64,000 bases of DNA from Oikopleura dioica (GCA_907165135.1 OU015567.1:10478001-10542000), one strand, 5' to 3'. Shown: positions 10,782-23,742, numbered from the stretch's first letter. A program made the numbers and translations. The notes: generated from the letters alone by a model not told the origin.

Positions 10782-11635
10782 ATGGATCTTTTGAAACAAA
10801 TTGTAGGTCCTACTGGAATCAACCTTCTTACCGAAGAATGTACTGTTAAATATCTCGATGAGTTTGACATCCTCGACCAAGATTGCTTCAAAGCAACTCT
10901 GGCTAAAGGACTAGGACTTGCTATCATTGCTGGAAGCATTCTCGTCAAGGTAGCGTCAAGAATTCTTCTCTTCGAGCTTACGCAAAAATAAGGTCCCACA
11001 AATTCTGAGCATCATCGGAGCTAAATCTGCAGCTGGCCTCTCTCTTTTCTCTGTTTTGTTGGAACTCTTCCCATGGTAAAGCGAGTGTCTCTCTTCAAAT
11101 TCTAACCCTTTCTAGTGCTACCCTCATCGGTTACGGACTTGCCTCTGGCTTCCCTTTTTCATCATGGGGTGAGTCTTTCTTCATGGCCGTTCAAACGATG
11201 ATCATTGCGTTCCTTATCTGTGACTACACTGGACGAAGAGGTCTTGGGCTCATGCTCAATCTTGCTTACGCTGGCTTTGTTTACGTACTTATTTCTGGCA
11301 TGGTCACTGTCGAGCAGCTTCAGGTTCTTCAGCTTTGCAATCTTCCAGTTACAGTTATCTCCAGACTTATCCAGGTGAATAAACATTCTAGAAAATTGAT
11401 TTCTAATCGATTTTAGGTCGTTACAAATTTCAAAAATGGCCACTGCGGAACCCTTTCCGGAGTTACTTGTGGCATGCTCTTTGCTGGAGGCCTCGCTAGA
11501 GTTTTCACCTCCTTCCAGGAAACTGGCGATATGGTGATGATAATGAACTTTTCTGCCTCCACTTTCATGTCATTCCTCTTATGCTTGCAACTTGTTATTT
11601 ACAAAGATGCCAAGCCTGCTGGAAAGAAGGAATAA
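10782..11635 (+). CDS. MPDU1: Mannose-P-dolichol utilization defect 1 (PQ-loop protein), 4 exons
   Basis: CFKATLAKGLGLAIIAGSILVK|VPQILSIIGAKSAAGLS...FSSWGESFFM...NFKNGHCGTLSG...LARVFTSFQETGD. Confidence 0.95.
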
Positions 11636-11977
11636 AATCACTTTCTTCCTAAATGACTTCAAATTTACACGACCGAAAACTTTCATTGCCCACGCAAACT
11701 TTGATCGTAGCAGTTCTCAAGTACTGTAATTACAGTTCATGATTAGTCATAATTTCTACTAGATGTTGCCCTATAAAATTCATCTGATGATGTTTGTACG
11801 ATACTGTCAACATCATTTTCAAATGATTAGTGTTAATTATTCTGTGCAAGAATAAAATTATTTATGTAAAAAAATCAACTCAGTGATGAAAAACTGACTT
11901 TATGTCCCTTTAATTTTATTATCTGAACTTTTGACTTTGGCAGTGAAATGTTTTGAAAGTGAAGGAGAAAAAGTCAT

Positions 11978-13894
11978 CTATGTCTTCAAAAATTTCTTCC
12001 TGAATATCGTGCATCTCCCGCGCTGATCCCCAGTCACATAAAGCGAGGCTCGTTTTCCTTGTTGAAAAGCTAAAAATAGTTCGTTTGCGTTGGCTATCTT
12101 GTGATAAATGGGCAACCTGCTGTGGCTGTGATGCGATACTCGTGAGGTATTCGCTGTGCGGTGCTAGCGCGGTTTGCATCCTTTATTTCAACCACGTCGA
12201 TGTACGAGTAATAGCCGCGGGTAGGTTCCTCGTTGTTGACAGCGAAGAAAACGTCCATATTCTGAAGAAATTTTACAGTTTAAGTTAAGTCGCTTTAAGT
12301 TTATTTTTAACTATTTATGGAAACTTACCTTTCCGGACGAAATATCGCATCTGCCATCAACAGCGTCTCGTTTCGATCGAATTTCCTTCCAGTTCTTCGA
12401 GGAAAAATGCTTGCGAAACCTCGAATGGATTCTCTTATCGAGTACGAAGTAGACCCTGCCAGATTTTGCTTGTCTGGTCTCGCAGCGATAGGTACCAAAG
12501 CGCTCATCAGACGCGTACTTTGCAGTAGATCGCGACGTCAGCCTGTGGCTCGGGATTGTTTTTCGAAGCCAAATTTATAGTAGAGTTTACCAGACGCGCT
12601 TCTCTTCATTTCTTTATTTGGGAAGCTAAAGGAATTATGAAAGGAGAAAGGATAAAAGCTCCTTACTGGTACATTAGCGTTGTCATATTCTTCCCAGCTG
12701 CAAGCATCAGTCTTTTCTTGGCAACACTGAGCATCGCTAGTTTTTCCAGACTTTGTCCGTTGACCGGAACTTTTTGAATGTACTCTGGATGGAAAGTCTT
12801 TCCGATTTCATACAGGTGAAAAGCTTCGTTTGACGAAGCGATGATGTAGAGTTTACGGCGAAAGACAAACTGGGCAACGTCGGTTACGGGCGTTGAAGAT
12901 CCTCCAAGGCAATTCCAAGAGGTGATGTTTTGGTATTCGTTGGACTTTTTACTCGTTGTTTTTGACCACTCGTTGTTCATGAAACCCTTTCCTGAATACG
13001 TATGTTATTCAAAAATGAATGCGCTCTAATGAAGATCTATTGACACTTGATAAGTCATCGATCCCGAAAATGGAATTCAACGTCACTTCGACAAAAGGTT
13101 TTTTGAAAATGTCGCCAACCCGGGCGGTGGAGCTTGACGTCACGGACAATCCGAGATTTGTAGCTCCCACAAAAGGGCGCAGCAAATCAACTACAATTCA
13201 TTCGGCGTCAACGTAGAAGTTATTCTTTTTGAAACATTACATAATTTTTGATAATACCAATTTTTGCTTTATCAAAGAAAGTTATTTTGTCCCTCACGTT
13301 ATTTCACGAGTCGTTAATATCAAGCTCTTCGATTATGATATAAAATCGTTGAATTTATGAATTTTACGTCATACAGCTTTGCTAGAGTCCACCATTTGAC
13401 ACACTTGGGGTATTTGAATATCATTTAGCTTCCGAAATTAATCAATTAATCCAGACTATGATCCAAAAGTGTGAATTTTATTACTGAATAAAAAAGTATT
13501 TATTACTTACCCTTGCAGTTTCCTTCGTAGCCAATCCAAATAGGTCGATTGGAATTGTCTTTTCTTGAGCAACGAAGAATTCGACTTATGATGGATTTTA
13601 TATTATTGAAAGAAAGAAAAATTGCGAGCCAAAAAAAGCTCAACTCGGATTTGAAACCGCATTATCCACTAATCCATTCTCACGATTTCTCAGATGAACT
13701 GTTTGAACTTTTGAATCCACTTTCCTTTTGCATGTTTTATGAAAACAAGTCGAGCCCAGCTGGTGCCTAGCTGAGCACTTATACTCTCTCCCAAGCTTCG
13801 TGCACTTTTGGCGGCGATCTCCAACTTTTCTTCCAATTGCATTTCCAACAAGCAGAATCAGAACAAAAACAGTTCGCAGTGTCGTTTTCATCAT
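11978..13894 (-). CDS. Putative secreted multi-exon protein with signal peptide, Cys-rich N-terminus and EAR/EPTP-like beta-propeller repeats
   Basis: MKTTLRTVFVLILLVGNAIG; YQNITSW...VTDVAQFVFRRKLYI; FFAVNNEEPTRGYSSYIDV...QRIPHEYRITATAAF; synonymous inter-copy changes support the frames; middle exon joins uncertain. Confidence 0.45.
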
Positions 13895-15327
13895 TTTTAT
13901 TAGAAAAACTTTCGTCTGCTTTTTCTTCTTTGCGAGTGATTATTCTTCATAAATTGTGAAAGTCGATTAAATGAAGAATTAATAATAGCGGGACTTCTTC
14001 TCTTTTCTTTCGGTTTCTTGCTTTTTCTTTCTCTCTCTTTCTTGTAAAAACGTAGCCTGGTAACGGGTCCAGTTTTTTTTAATTAATTAGTTGAAATTCT
14101 TCGGTCGCTTTTTTTCTAAGTTAATTCAAGTCTAAGCGGGATACTAAGAGGGCGCGACGGAGTGAAAAATTGTTAAATCAAAACTCAAAATCTCGATCCT
14201 CTCGCCTGCCCCTGGAATCGACCAATTCTATAATCGCAGTCATTATTGATAGAAGAAAAAAGTGCAAAATGCTCATGCTTTATTAGCTCAGGCAGATGCA
14301 AAAGTGCAAACTTTATCAAAGAATTAATTCAATATTTGCCAGTTCAAATCACTGAGCTAATCACCGCGTGAAAGAAATATATTTTCTCACAGAATTCAGA
14401 ATTCAGTCAACTCTAAATGAGACTTTCTTCTATCTTCTCTAAGAGGGTATAAGCTAAATTCGAGCTCTTTTCTTCTTCTTTCTCTTCTGTTGTTCTTTTG
14501 GCCATCAAATCATCAGGGTTTACGAATTGTCGAAGGCCGATGATAATCTAATGAATATCTTGATATCATAAAAATATCTTCATCAAAACCTGGATTACCA
14601 AAAGAAGCATTGGAAAAGAAATGAAAAAGACGCGGTCTTTTGACTCCAACTGACGATGGTACTCTTCCTCCGTCATCTCAATGAAACTTTTCTTTAGACA
14701 AGCCTTTCCTGAAAAACTCTTACTTCGATATGTGTTCCTCTTGATCTTCGTTGATTTTGTGTTGTCCATTTTCTTCGAAATAGATTATCTAAAAGCAATT
14801 ATCTCAGGCATCGACCATATTTTCTAACCATGGAGCAAAATGCAATGAATATCATCACTATTATAGAAGAGAAAATATAAAAAGCTAATAAATTCATGCT
14901 TTTCTTTCATATATCTTGTGGTTCTCTAAAAATTCACAGAGAACGATAAGATCATCTCAGGATGTATATTTAATCTTAATAAGATATTGGATCGTAGGCC
15001 TTGTCATTCTGATGGAACGCTGACAATTAGATAACCCATGCTCAATACATTTATCGGAGACATATTGTACGGGCCGTAAGTTACGGTAGTTATTTAGCAA
15101 CAAACCTAATAATGATAAACCTGAATAATGATAATGAAAGAAAGTTACTCAGCGACCCCAACCGTTGACCCCGAAACGCCCTTTGCAATGGGATAAAAAC
15201 TAACGCTGAGAGAAAGTAACTCACATTCATTTTCCAAATATTGTCTTCGTTACATTGAATGAAATTTATTTAACAAGAAGAGATGAAACGGGAGCTGCTA
15301 TGAAGACAGCGTTTTTGCTTTTTCCAT

Positions 15328-16174
15328 ATGAATAGTAAAATTTTTGCTACGGGTAAAAAATTGATAGAGATAAAAAATGAAACTTTTTAGCTGTTACCGC
15401 GGGAATCGCGCTCTTGGGTGCTATTGCAGAAGGGATTAGTAGAGACAACAAAAGGAAAGAAATCGAAAACGCAAAAGCTGAAAAGAACGCTGAACGCGAA
15501 AGGGAACTCATTGATCAAATGCGCGAAGAAGAAGAAATCCGAAGAAAAGAACACCAGAAGAAGGTAATTATTTCAGAAATATGTTCGTTTTTACCGAAAC
15601 ATACCGTAGATGTTGGAACTTGAGAGAAAGCGACGGGAGCTAGAAGATGCCGCAAAAAAGGCCAGCGTGAAGGATGAACAACATCACAAAAAAGTTGAAA
15701 GCCTTATTCAAGTTCTATCGGATTACAAAGAATTGGTTAAAAAGGTTTATCATTGAATATTCAAGTAATTTTCAGAATGAACAAAAGGACGCAGAAAACA
15801 GAAGAATGACTGAGGAATTTATGGCTGAGAAGGAGAAGATCGAACGGGAAAAGGATAAGCTCATCGAAGAAAAAAATAAAACTTTGAAAGAAAAGGACGA
15901 GTACTTCCAAGAGTACAAGCAAGCTAGAGATGAGAAAGAAGACCAGGAACGTCGAAGAAATGATGATATTCGATATTTTGAAAAAATTCTCCGTAAAATG
16001 CAGTCTATGGTGACGAAGCAAATGGCCCTCAACCGTGACGACGAGAACATCGTAGACTTATGCCTAGAAGTCAATAAAATTGTTGATTCCTACGAAGGGC
16101 CCGATGACATGCATAGAGTTGAGGATAGCATGCGAAACCTTGGAAGGACACTTGATTTCGAAGATAAGGAATAA
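15328..16174 (+). CDS. Uncharacterised E/K-rich coiled-coil protein with short hydrophobic N-terminus (copy 1)
   Basis: MNSKIFAT|AVTAGIALLGAIAEGISRDNKRKEIE...; 4 exons with GT-AG introns; homologue at 52608-53453. Confidence 0.7.
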
Positions 16175-16362
16175 TTAATGCTGAAAATTCTTATTTTCCG
16201 ACTTAGTTCCTTGCTTAGTTCTGAATATAATCTCGGCTAAAAACTTAACCCTAACATCACTCTGCTTCCAACAAAATTATCACTATGATTACGAAAATAA
16301 AAATCTTTATTGAATATAAAAATAGTTAGAATAGATAAGAGCAGAATACAAATGAAGATATC

Positions 16363-19300
16363 TCAAGGAAGATGATACATAGGCAGAAGCTGTTGATTGT
16401 CCTTGATAAATTTCAAAATAGTCCGGTCGATATCTCCCGAGTACTTTTCTGTGAGCTCTTTCGAAGTTCCTGGCTTGATGTCGGCATTATCTAGACCGTT
16501 TTTATTTGGCAGAGAATAAGATTATTTACCTAGTGGGATAAGATCTTCAAGCTGCTGGACCAAGTCCTTGAATCTATCGTGCGAAATAACATCGAAGAAG
16601 GGACTGGTAATGTGTTCATAGAGGCAAGGAATGAGCTCTTCGTCAAATCGAGAAACAAGATCCTTGAGGTACTTTTCGTGGAGCCCGAAAATTCTGATGA
16701 CATTCTCGACATTGAGAGGCTCTCGAGAGACAAAGATCATTCCATCGACGACGCCAAATGGATCTTGAATAGCAATTTAAAATAATCAAATGACAGAAAA
16801 ACTTACTCAAATGAATTCTTGAGTCGCATTCGTCATTTGAAGTGACCATCCAACGAGCTTGTCCTTGTTTCATTCCATCAGCAAGTCGATCAAAATATGT
16901 CGCTTTGCAACTAAAAATGCATAGTAAACATGAAGCTGGGGTGCGAAACGGGACCGGGGCAACGGGACAACTGCCCCGTCCCGTGCCCCGTTTTGCTCCG
17001 TTTCGGGACTGGGACGGGACGGGGCACCAGCATGCGTTGCCCCGTTCTGTCCCGTTTTTGGAATGTTGTGTCCCATTTTTGCTAATTGGCCGTAAAAACG
17101 TCTCTAGATGCCCATCTTTTGAAATTTGTTTACAGAAAAACAACTTTCTTCGAGAAATTTCGAGAAATTTTTGTTTTTCCTTCGACTCAAATATCGACCT
17201 AATTCTAGAGACCCTGTCAAGAAGCTTCGTAAATGGGAATTATCTCTAGCCAAGAAGCTTGACCTTAATTATTTTACTTTTAGTTTTACTTTAGTGAATA
17301 ATAATGGGCTTGAAATTGAAATTTAGGCAAAAATTCGCAGAAAACTCGAGTGAAAAATAAACGGGGCAAACGGGGCAAAACGGGACGGGACGGGGCACCG
17401 AGTCCGAAAAATTAAGCGGGACGGGGCACCGATACTCCTTGCCCCGTTTCGCACCCCAGACATGAAGGATCTTTCTGTTACCTTAGATAATGTCTTCCGC
17501 CAACAAGTTTGCAAGAAGTGACAACTGGCGCCTTGAAAACTGGAACAGATACATCAGGCTTAGGAATACGCCCGAGAACACGATCCAAAATGAGCGCAGC
17601 AGCGGCCTTGCCAACTTCGGCTGAATTGAATTTCTCGTGAACCCAATCATCTGCGTAAAGTCTTCGTTGATATTTGGTCATTGGTCCAGCGGCCATAATA
17701 TTTTCATTCGATGTGCAGAAAGTACTGTCTATGACAAGGGCGCCATCGTAGACTAGACAGGCATCGTTGAGCGCGCTGAAAACAGTCTTCGAGACTGACT
17801 TCTCGAGCATATCGACCAAATGCTTGCATTCATATTCGGTATCGCCAACGCAGACGGATGAAATGTTCTTCCCATCATTCTTGAGGATTTCGTATTCTTT
17901 GACATTCTCAATCAAATTGACTCCAAGTTCTTCCATCTCGTTTCGAACTCGAGCAGCGACCTTGTCCAATTCTGGTCCATTCGTGAGTTTGCGCTCCTTG
18001 TTGATATCACCGAGGTCGAAAATTTCTTCCAAGTCGGTTTCACATGCAAGCGTTATCTAAAGAATGATTAGGAAAGTGAAACTCGCTACTGATTACCTGA
18101 TTGGGCTGAATTTTACGTTCCAAAAGCTGCTGAATAAATCCTAAAGCATTGATATTGTTACTTCTGACGAAAATGCCGTCTCCTTCGCTGATGTCGTTGA
18201 CGATCTCGCTAAATGCTAGACCTTCTACACCACGAATCGGATTGTCGACAAGTCCACTGTATTGCTTGCCAGTCGCGAGGACAAGTAAATCATAAGGCAA
18301 CTCGGATCCATCTCTGAGGATAATTTTTCGATCGTTAGTATTTATTCCAGCCAGAGTAGCACGGACTCGGTTCAGGCATATGTTCAGTCCGTATTTCTTC
18401 CTGCCGAAGTTGTTAATCTGTCTTTCTTCGACCTTTACATTTTTATGGCCAAGCGTGACTTCGTGATCATCTTCGAATACGGACGAGACGAGCGTCAAAT
18501 TATTGAAAATAAGACCTTTGTTCATTGCTTTTTTGTTTGGTTAAAAATTGAAAGAAACAACCCAGTTTTTTTTACCCGGAAAATTTCAAACCGTGCCTAA
18601 TTCTTCAATCGCCGCTATGCCGGTATCGGAAGCGCCAACGATGACTATCGAATGTGAACAAATTCTGACATCTGTTTGAATCAGCTTCTTGGGCAGAATC
18701 AAAAGTCCAAAATCACAATCAAGGAGGGCATCGGGGCAGGGAGCATTTTCTTCCAATCGCTCAACATTGAAGTGGATCTTTTCTCTTTTCGGTACTGTTC
18801 GCATCTGACGGGTTGCTGGTGACTTTTAGTGAGTTTTTCAAAATAAAACTCAGTATGAGTCGGGTCGAAATAATTAATGAGAATTTTTCGAAACTCTTTC
18901 TTTGGATAATCGCGGCCAACAACGGGCTGGTACAAACATATCGCTCCTGAAAGTCGCATCGCTTCTGAGAGCATGAATTTTCCAAGAGAATGAAAACCAG
19001 GAGCGACGAAGCAGTACAGGACTTTGTGATTCTCTCTTCGTTCGATCAAGTCCAAGTTTACGAAATCTTCAATCTCGAAGTTCGCTCTGAGAGCGTCGAT
19101 TTTATCCTCGGCGGCGATGATGACACCGCCAACGGCGTGCTCGCCGGCGAACATCAAATATGACGTCGATAGAAGTTCGGGCGTGCCAATCGATGGAGTT
19201 GGGTTGAGGCCTTGTCCATTTATCAAAGACATTTTCATGTTCTTGTAAAATTCTGGAGCAAGGCTCTCGATTGCTTCAAAGTCAGTTTCGGCCGCCTGTC

Positions 19301-21913
19301 GCACGGAAGCGATCTCGTGGATTACTGCACGATGGACAATGTAGACCTCAGTTGTTGTGAATGAACTTCGTGGAGTCGCTCTGAAATAAGTGATTGAGAT
19401 TTGGTCCGATGTGAAATGAGTACCTTTGGAAATAATCAAGAAGTCGAAAATGCTGAACTTGTCGAGGAACGGTCAAAATCGCCCAGTTCGCTCCCGGGAA
19501 AGCCTCAAAAGCTCCCTTGAGAAGGTCAACGGAGCGATCTTCATATTTGTCTGCAATCGCAAAGAGTTGAACGGCAATTGCATTGTAATTCGTGAGGCCA
19601 CTAAAATAGGTTGATTGCGGTCTGATTTTACGGATTCATATCAGCTCGAGCCGGCCAAATGTGCTCAAAGGACGAAAATGGTTCGAATTTGATTTGGCGC
19701 CCCTGGAGTTCCTATAAAATTGAATCTCCAGATTGGAATCCGGCCAGTGAAAATCACCGAATATTTCTAGACGGAGTTTATTTTCTACTCTTCCTAGAGA
19801 TTTTGATTTATACGTAGTATCCCCCAGAGAAACATATCGTTCGCGGGTAATAATTTGAGTTTCGAAATGGAAGTAAAATCTGATAGAATTTAGAAAATCG
19901 TAATGACCGAGCGCCGACGAAGCACCCGCGCTGCTGCTTTAAAAGCTACCGAAGCCCTGAGTACTCCCAAAAGAACCCCTCGTCGACAAACGAAGCTCAA
20001 GGTAAAAACTTTTTTTTTTTGGTTTTTCTCGAAAATTTTCTAATAGGATTCTATCAAAGAAGAAGGACAGGTCACTGAAACACTCAAAGAGACACCAATA
20101 CGAAGAACGGTCAAGAAAACTATTGCTCCGCCGGTTTTTGAAGAACATGCGGAAAAGCAAACTCCAGCTGAGGTCAAAACACCGATCACTTTGCAGGAGA
20201 GATCCGCTAGCAAATCACCTGATCTACTGGAAACACAGCAAGTAAAGACCCCAAACGCGATCAAAACTCCAATCACGGTGGAGAAGGCTGTTCTCAAGAC
20301 GCCAACTCGACCGTCCCCAATTGCCATGGAAAAACTCAAACCGAAAACTCCTGTTGCGATGGAAATTGAGGACGAGAAAGAAAACCTTCCTATCCCGCAG
20401 CCAACGAAGACAGAAGTTATGTATCGAGAGCCACCCGTTATCGCGGAAGATTCATCTTCTGAGAGTTCGGACTCCGACTCTGAGCCGATCTTTTCGACTT
20501 CTGACTCGGTAAGAAACTTTCAAAAGTAACTCTTTCTCACTCAAATTTTGAAGGATGACATTCCGAGTGTCTTTGCCAAAAGCGAAAAAGAAGCGAAGCA
20601 TCTTCAGGCTTTCGCTGAGTTTGCTCACTCTCTCAAAGACAAGCCCTTCCGACCAAAGCCCGAAGACCTGGTCATCAAGGATGTGCTTGAAGAAGCCGGG
20701 CAGCTGAAGAATGCAATTCATTCGGCTCAACCCGCTGGTCTTATGCGACAGCCGGCGAAGCCATCAATCAGCAAGGTCAATGCGACCGAGAACGACCCTG
20801 AATACATAAATCCAGGCACCACTTCGGGAATGGTGAGAGAAGTTCGTCTTCCCGATACAGAGGAGTACTCCAACATCATGACTCTCAGCGACTGTATGGG
20901 CAATATCAACATCAACGCTGAGGAGCAGGCTGAAATTGAGCGACAGGAAGCGAAAGAACGATTCGAAAAGAAGAAAAAGAGCGACGCTCGATCTCGCACC
21001 TCTTTTCCTACAATAAGTGATCACCGCCCCTTTTTTATATTCTGACCAGTTTCCTTTCATTTAAAATTGGAGAATAAATCTTTACGAAAAAACTTACTTG
21101 AATCCACCGATGTGATGCGTACATTGTAATTGATCAAGGGAAATCTTCGATGAAATTGCAATCGCACCAACTGCGATATCATTTACATCAGCAACAAGCA
21201 CCTTGTGTCTCTCATCAACTGATTCAACCATTTCAGTGTAGAAAAAGTCGCCGTAGATCATCTTGAGCTGGTCGTTATTCTTGTACACGGCAGCGACATC
21301 ATCGTTGTCTTCTTCTTTTCCAGGGCGAATAAAGAGTGTGGGGACGAAGTCTTCGCGGTTGATGATTGAGTAGGGCGAGTTGGGGATTTTAGAAGATACA
21401 GATGATAGTCGCGAGTCGTTTTTCGTCACGATCACATGGTGGATAAAAGGGCATCTTCCAGGAGTTTTTTTGGTGAATCAAGCATTCAACCAAGGTAAGT
21501 TAGCTAATCAAACAAACTCCTTCCTTTTGAAAACAGCGGACAAAATACAAGATACAATTCCGTCGACATTCTCATGATCTTCTTCCGCCATGAATAGCAT
21601 CAGCTCAAGAACACTTTGCGGATTGTAAAGATCACTGGCAATCTTTTTCGATTCAAAATCTGCCTGGAGGTCGAAAGCAGCGAATCCAATTATTTTGTCG
21701 TTGTTATCTTCAATTACTTTCAAAGAAAGCTGGGTTGTTTCGACAAGTCTTCTGACTAGAAGATCATGTTAGGTCCTTGTTAGACTAATTGCTAGTAAAA
21801 ATAAACAACTACTTACTCTGACATCTTTTGTGGGAATAGACTCCTCGAGTTTTTCCATCGATAAGATTGATGATTTCTTGGAGATCGGCAATTTCAACAG
21901 TCGACGCCCTCAT
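16363..21913 (-). CDS. CFAP61: Cilia- and flagella-associated protein 61 (copy 1), multi-exon
   Basis: IAVQLFAIADKYEDRSVDLL, IVIVGASDTGIAAIEEL, ELPYDLLVLATG, NDACLVYDGALVID...IMAAGPMTKYQRR, C-terminal LLPMYHLP*. Confidence 0.9.
16936..17459. mobile_element. MITE D, 524 bp, TIR CTGGGGTGCGAAACGGG, 8-bp TSD ACATGAAG, ACGGG/CCCGT subterminal repeats; intronic in CFAP61
   Basis: TSD 16928-16935 and 17460-17467; absent from copy 2 near 54217. Confidence 0.95.
19903..21045 (+). CDS. Nested antisense gene in the 1.5-kb CFAP61 intron (19601-21097): S/T-P-rich, largely disordered protein, 3 exons
   Basis: MTERRRSTRAAALKATEALSTPKRTPRRQTKLK|...KTP repeats...|DDIPSVF...; upstream tttag acceptor; homologue from 56657. 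Confidence 0.75.
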
Positions 21914-22021
21914 TTTCACCCAAACCTCTCGATTTCAAACTGAACCCATAAGAATGAAAACATCATCATATCACAGTTAGTTCTAGAGATAAACAACAAG
22001 AATTGAAAGAAAATTTTATTT

Positions 22022-23383
22022 TCAGTAAAAGATATCAACAGATCGATCGCTTTTTATTCGAATTCTTGACACATTCTCGTCCAAATTGATCCCTCCAAAC
22101 GACCAACTGTAAGTTCCATTGATTTGACAGAGAGTAAGGTCAAATTCAGTACAGTCAATTGTGAGTTCTCTTGTCAAACTAGCTCCAACGGCCATATTCC
22201 AGGTCGTGCTGAAAAAGTCGGCAAGGGCATTTTTTGATGAATGAAAACAGATTGAATAACCGACAGAAGAAGTGGAAACAGACAAATCATTGACAGAAAC
22301 GCGGACACTGTGCTCATCTCCATCTAAATTCGTTAAGGTTTACGAAAGCTATGAGTTCTTTTACCATTTATGTACATTCCAGTCAGTAAAAACTTCGTTT
22401 CAAAAAGAGAAACAGGTGTGGCGGCGAAGTGAAAAAATGTCTTCTTTGAAATCAAATTTCCGATTGCGATTTCTGCTGATGCAACGCCAAGAGTTTTGAG
22501 ATTCGAAAATAGAAGCTTCTTTGGAACATCTTGAATAGGAAGGTGATCGTAGAGAAGGGACTTCAATTTCGAGCGATTCGTCGGGACAAATGCTACTTTT
22601 GCATCTGGGAAGCTGTAAAGGATGTTACTGTCGTTTTATTTATAACTTCTATTCATACCTGTAGTCAAAGGCAAACTGCAAAAATTTATCCGTCCCGATC
22701 AAGATGGCTGTTTCCGAGGGAAGTATAAATTTGAAGTCAGCAAGTTTGCAGATCGTGTATTTCAAGCCAGCGGAATGAAAATAGTTGAGAATAGTTGGAA
22801 GATCTTTTGCGTCGGATTTTTCGATAAAAACTTTTGCATGGTTTTTAGAAATAAAAGGGCGTTTCCGTATGATTTTGAGGATAGCGCTTGCCCAGGTTCG
22901 AACAAGTTCTTCTGTATCGTTGTTAAAGGTGAAGTCGAACTCTTCATCGTCCGCAATTACTCTCAAGTTGAATCCTAATCTGGCTTTTTTCGACTCTATT
23001 GCATTTCAACCAGTAGTTTATGAAAGCCCTTCCTGTTACAATCGACCGCGCTTGTCCTCGAATTACAGTTTTGATTTTTCTGAAGCGCACTCCAATCACG
23101 AATTTCTCAATTTCAACGCAGTACTTTTCTCCCATCGGTGCCTCCACTCCTGGAATATCAACCGTAATTGGCTCCCAATAAAGCTTCCCATTTGAGAGCA
23201 GTAAGTCGTGCGAGACTCCTTCAAAAGTAAAGATTCCCTCGAGCTCTTTTGGTGCCAGCGATGTCTGCCGACTGAACTGAGTGTCTAGCGTCAGCCCCGA
23301 AAATCGAGACTGCCCGGTCGTTGGTCTAGAATTATTTATGTAAGAAAAAGCTCCAAAGTTCACCGGGATCACTACCTATCCAT
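22022..23383 (-). CDS. Degenerate ceramide kinase/CERKL-like protein (PH-like region plus DAGK-like domain); copy 1 has a homopolymer frameshift near 22985
   Basis: RTWASAIL..RKRPF..AKVFI...YFHSAGLKYTI...AILIGTDK aligns positionally with CERK/CERKL but lacks NP and GGDG; continuous 240-aa ORF in copy 2. Confidence 0.45.
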
Positions 23384-23742
23384 GGCTTTGCCAATTTCTC
23401 TTCACAAAAAGTACAGGAAGGAAAAATGGCGTGTTGGTTGAAAACCGTGTCTGGTGCACTGTGTAAAGCTCCATCTGTAAGGGATAAAAAAATCGAACCC
23501 GATCAAACCGCTTATCCACTGTCTCGGTTTGAGCTTTTTTCTCGGCGTACTTTTATTCTTTCCTTTTGGGCACACACTGGCAAGGAAACGCCAATCACGC
23601 GCGTTCCATTCTTTAAACAATGAGCTTCTGATTGTTTGCCACTATCGACGATACAATTTATATCATATAAACGATAAATATACGTAAATAACGCATGCAA
23701 ATATTATGTAGGTATTTTATGAAATCAGCAGCGGTGATAGAC

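Noticed and set aside
14566-14897. Small hydrophobic ORF(s) upstream of the coiled-coil gene
   Set aside because: In-frame stop in copy 1 versus copy 2 and inconsistent frames; cannot support a gene.
16244-16255. TTAACCCTAAC telomere-like word
   Set aside because: Less than two repeat units, not conserved in copy 2.
16643-17249. ORFs of 135-166 aa in the CFAP61 intron, and similar ORFs at 9249-9894, 35157-35611 and 40459-40866
   Set aside because: Read through MITE subterminal repeats; no transposase motifs and absent from the empty allele.
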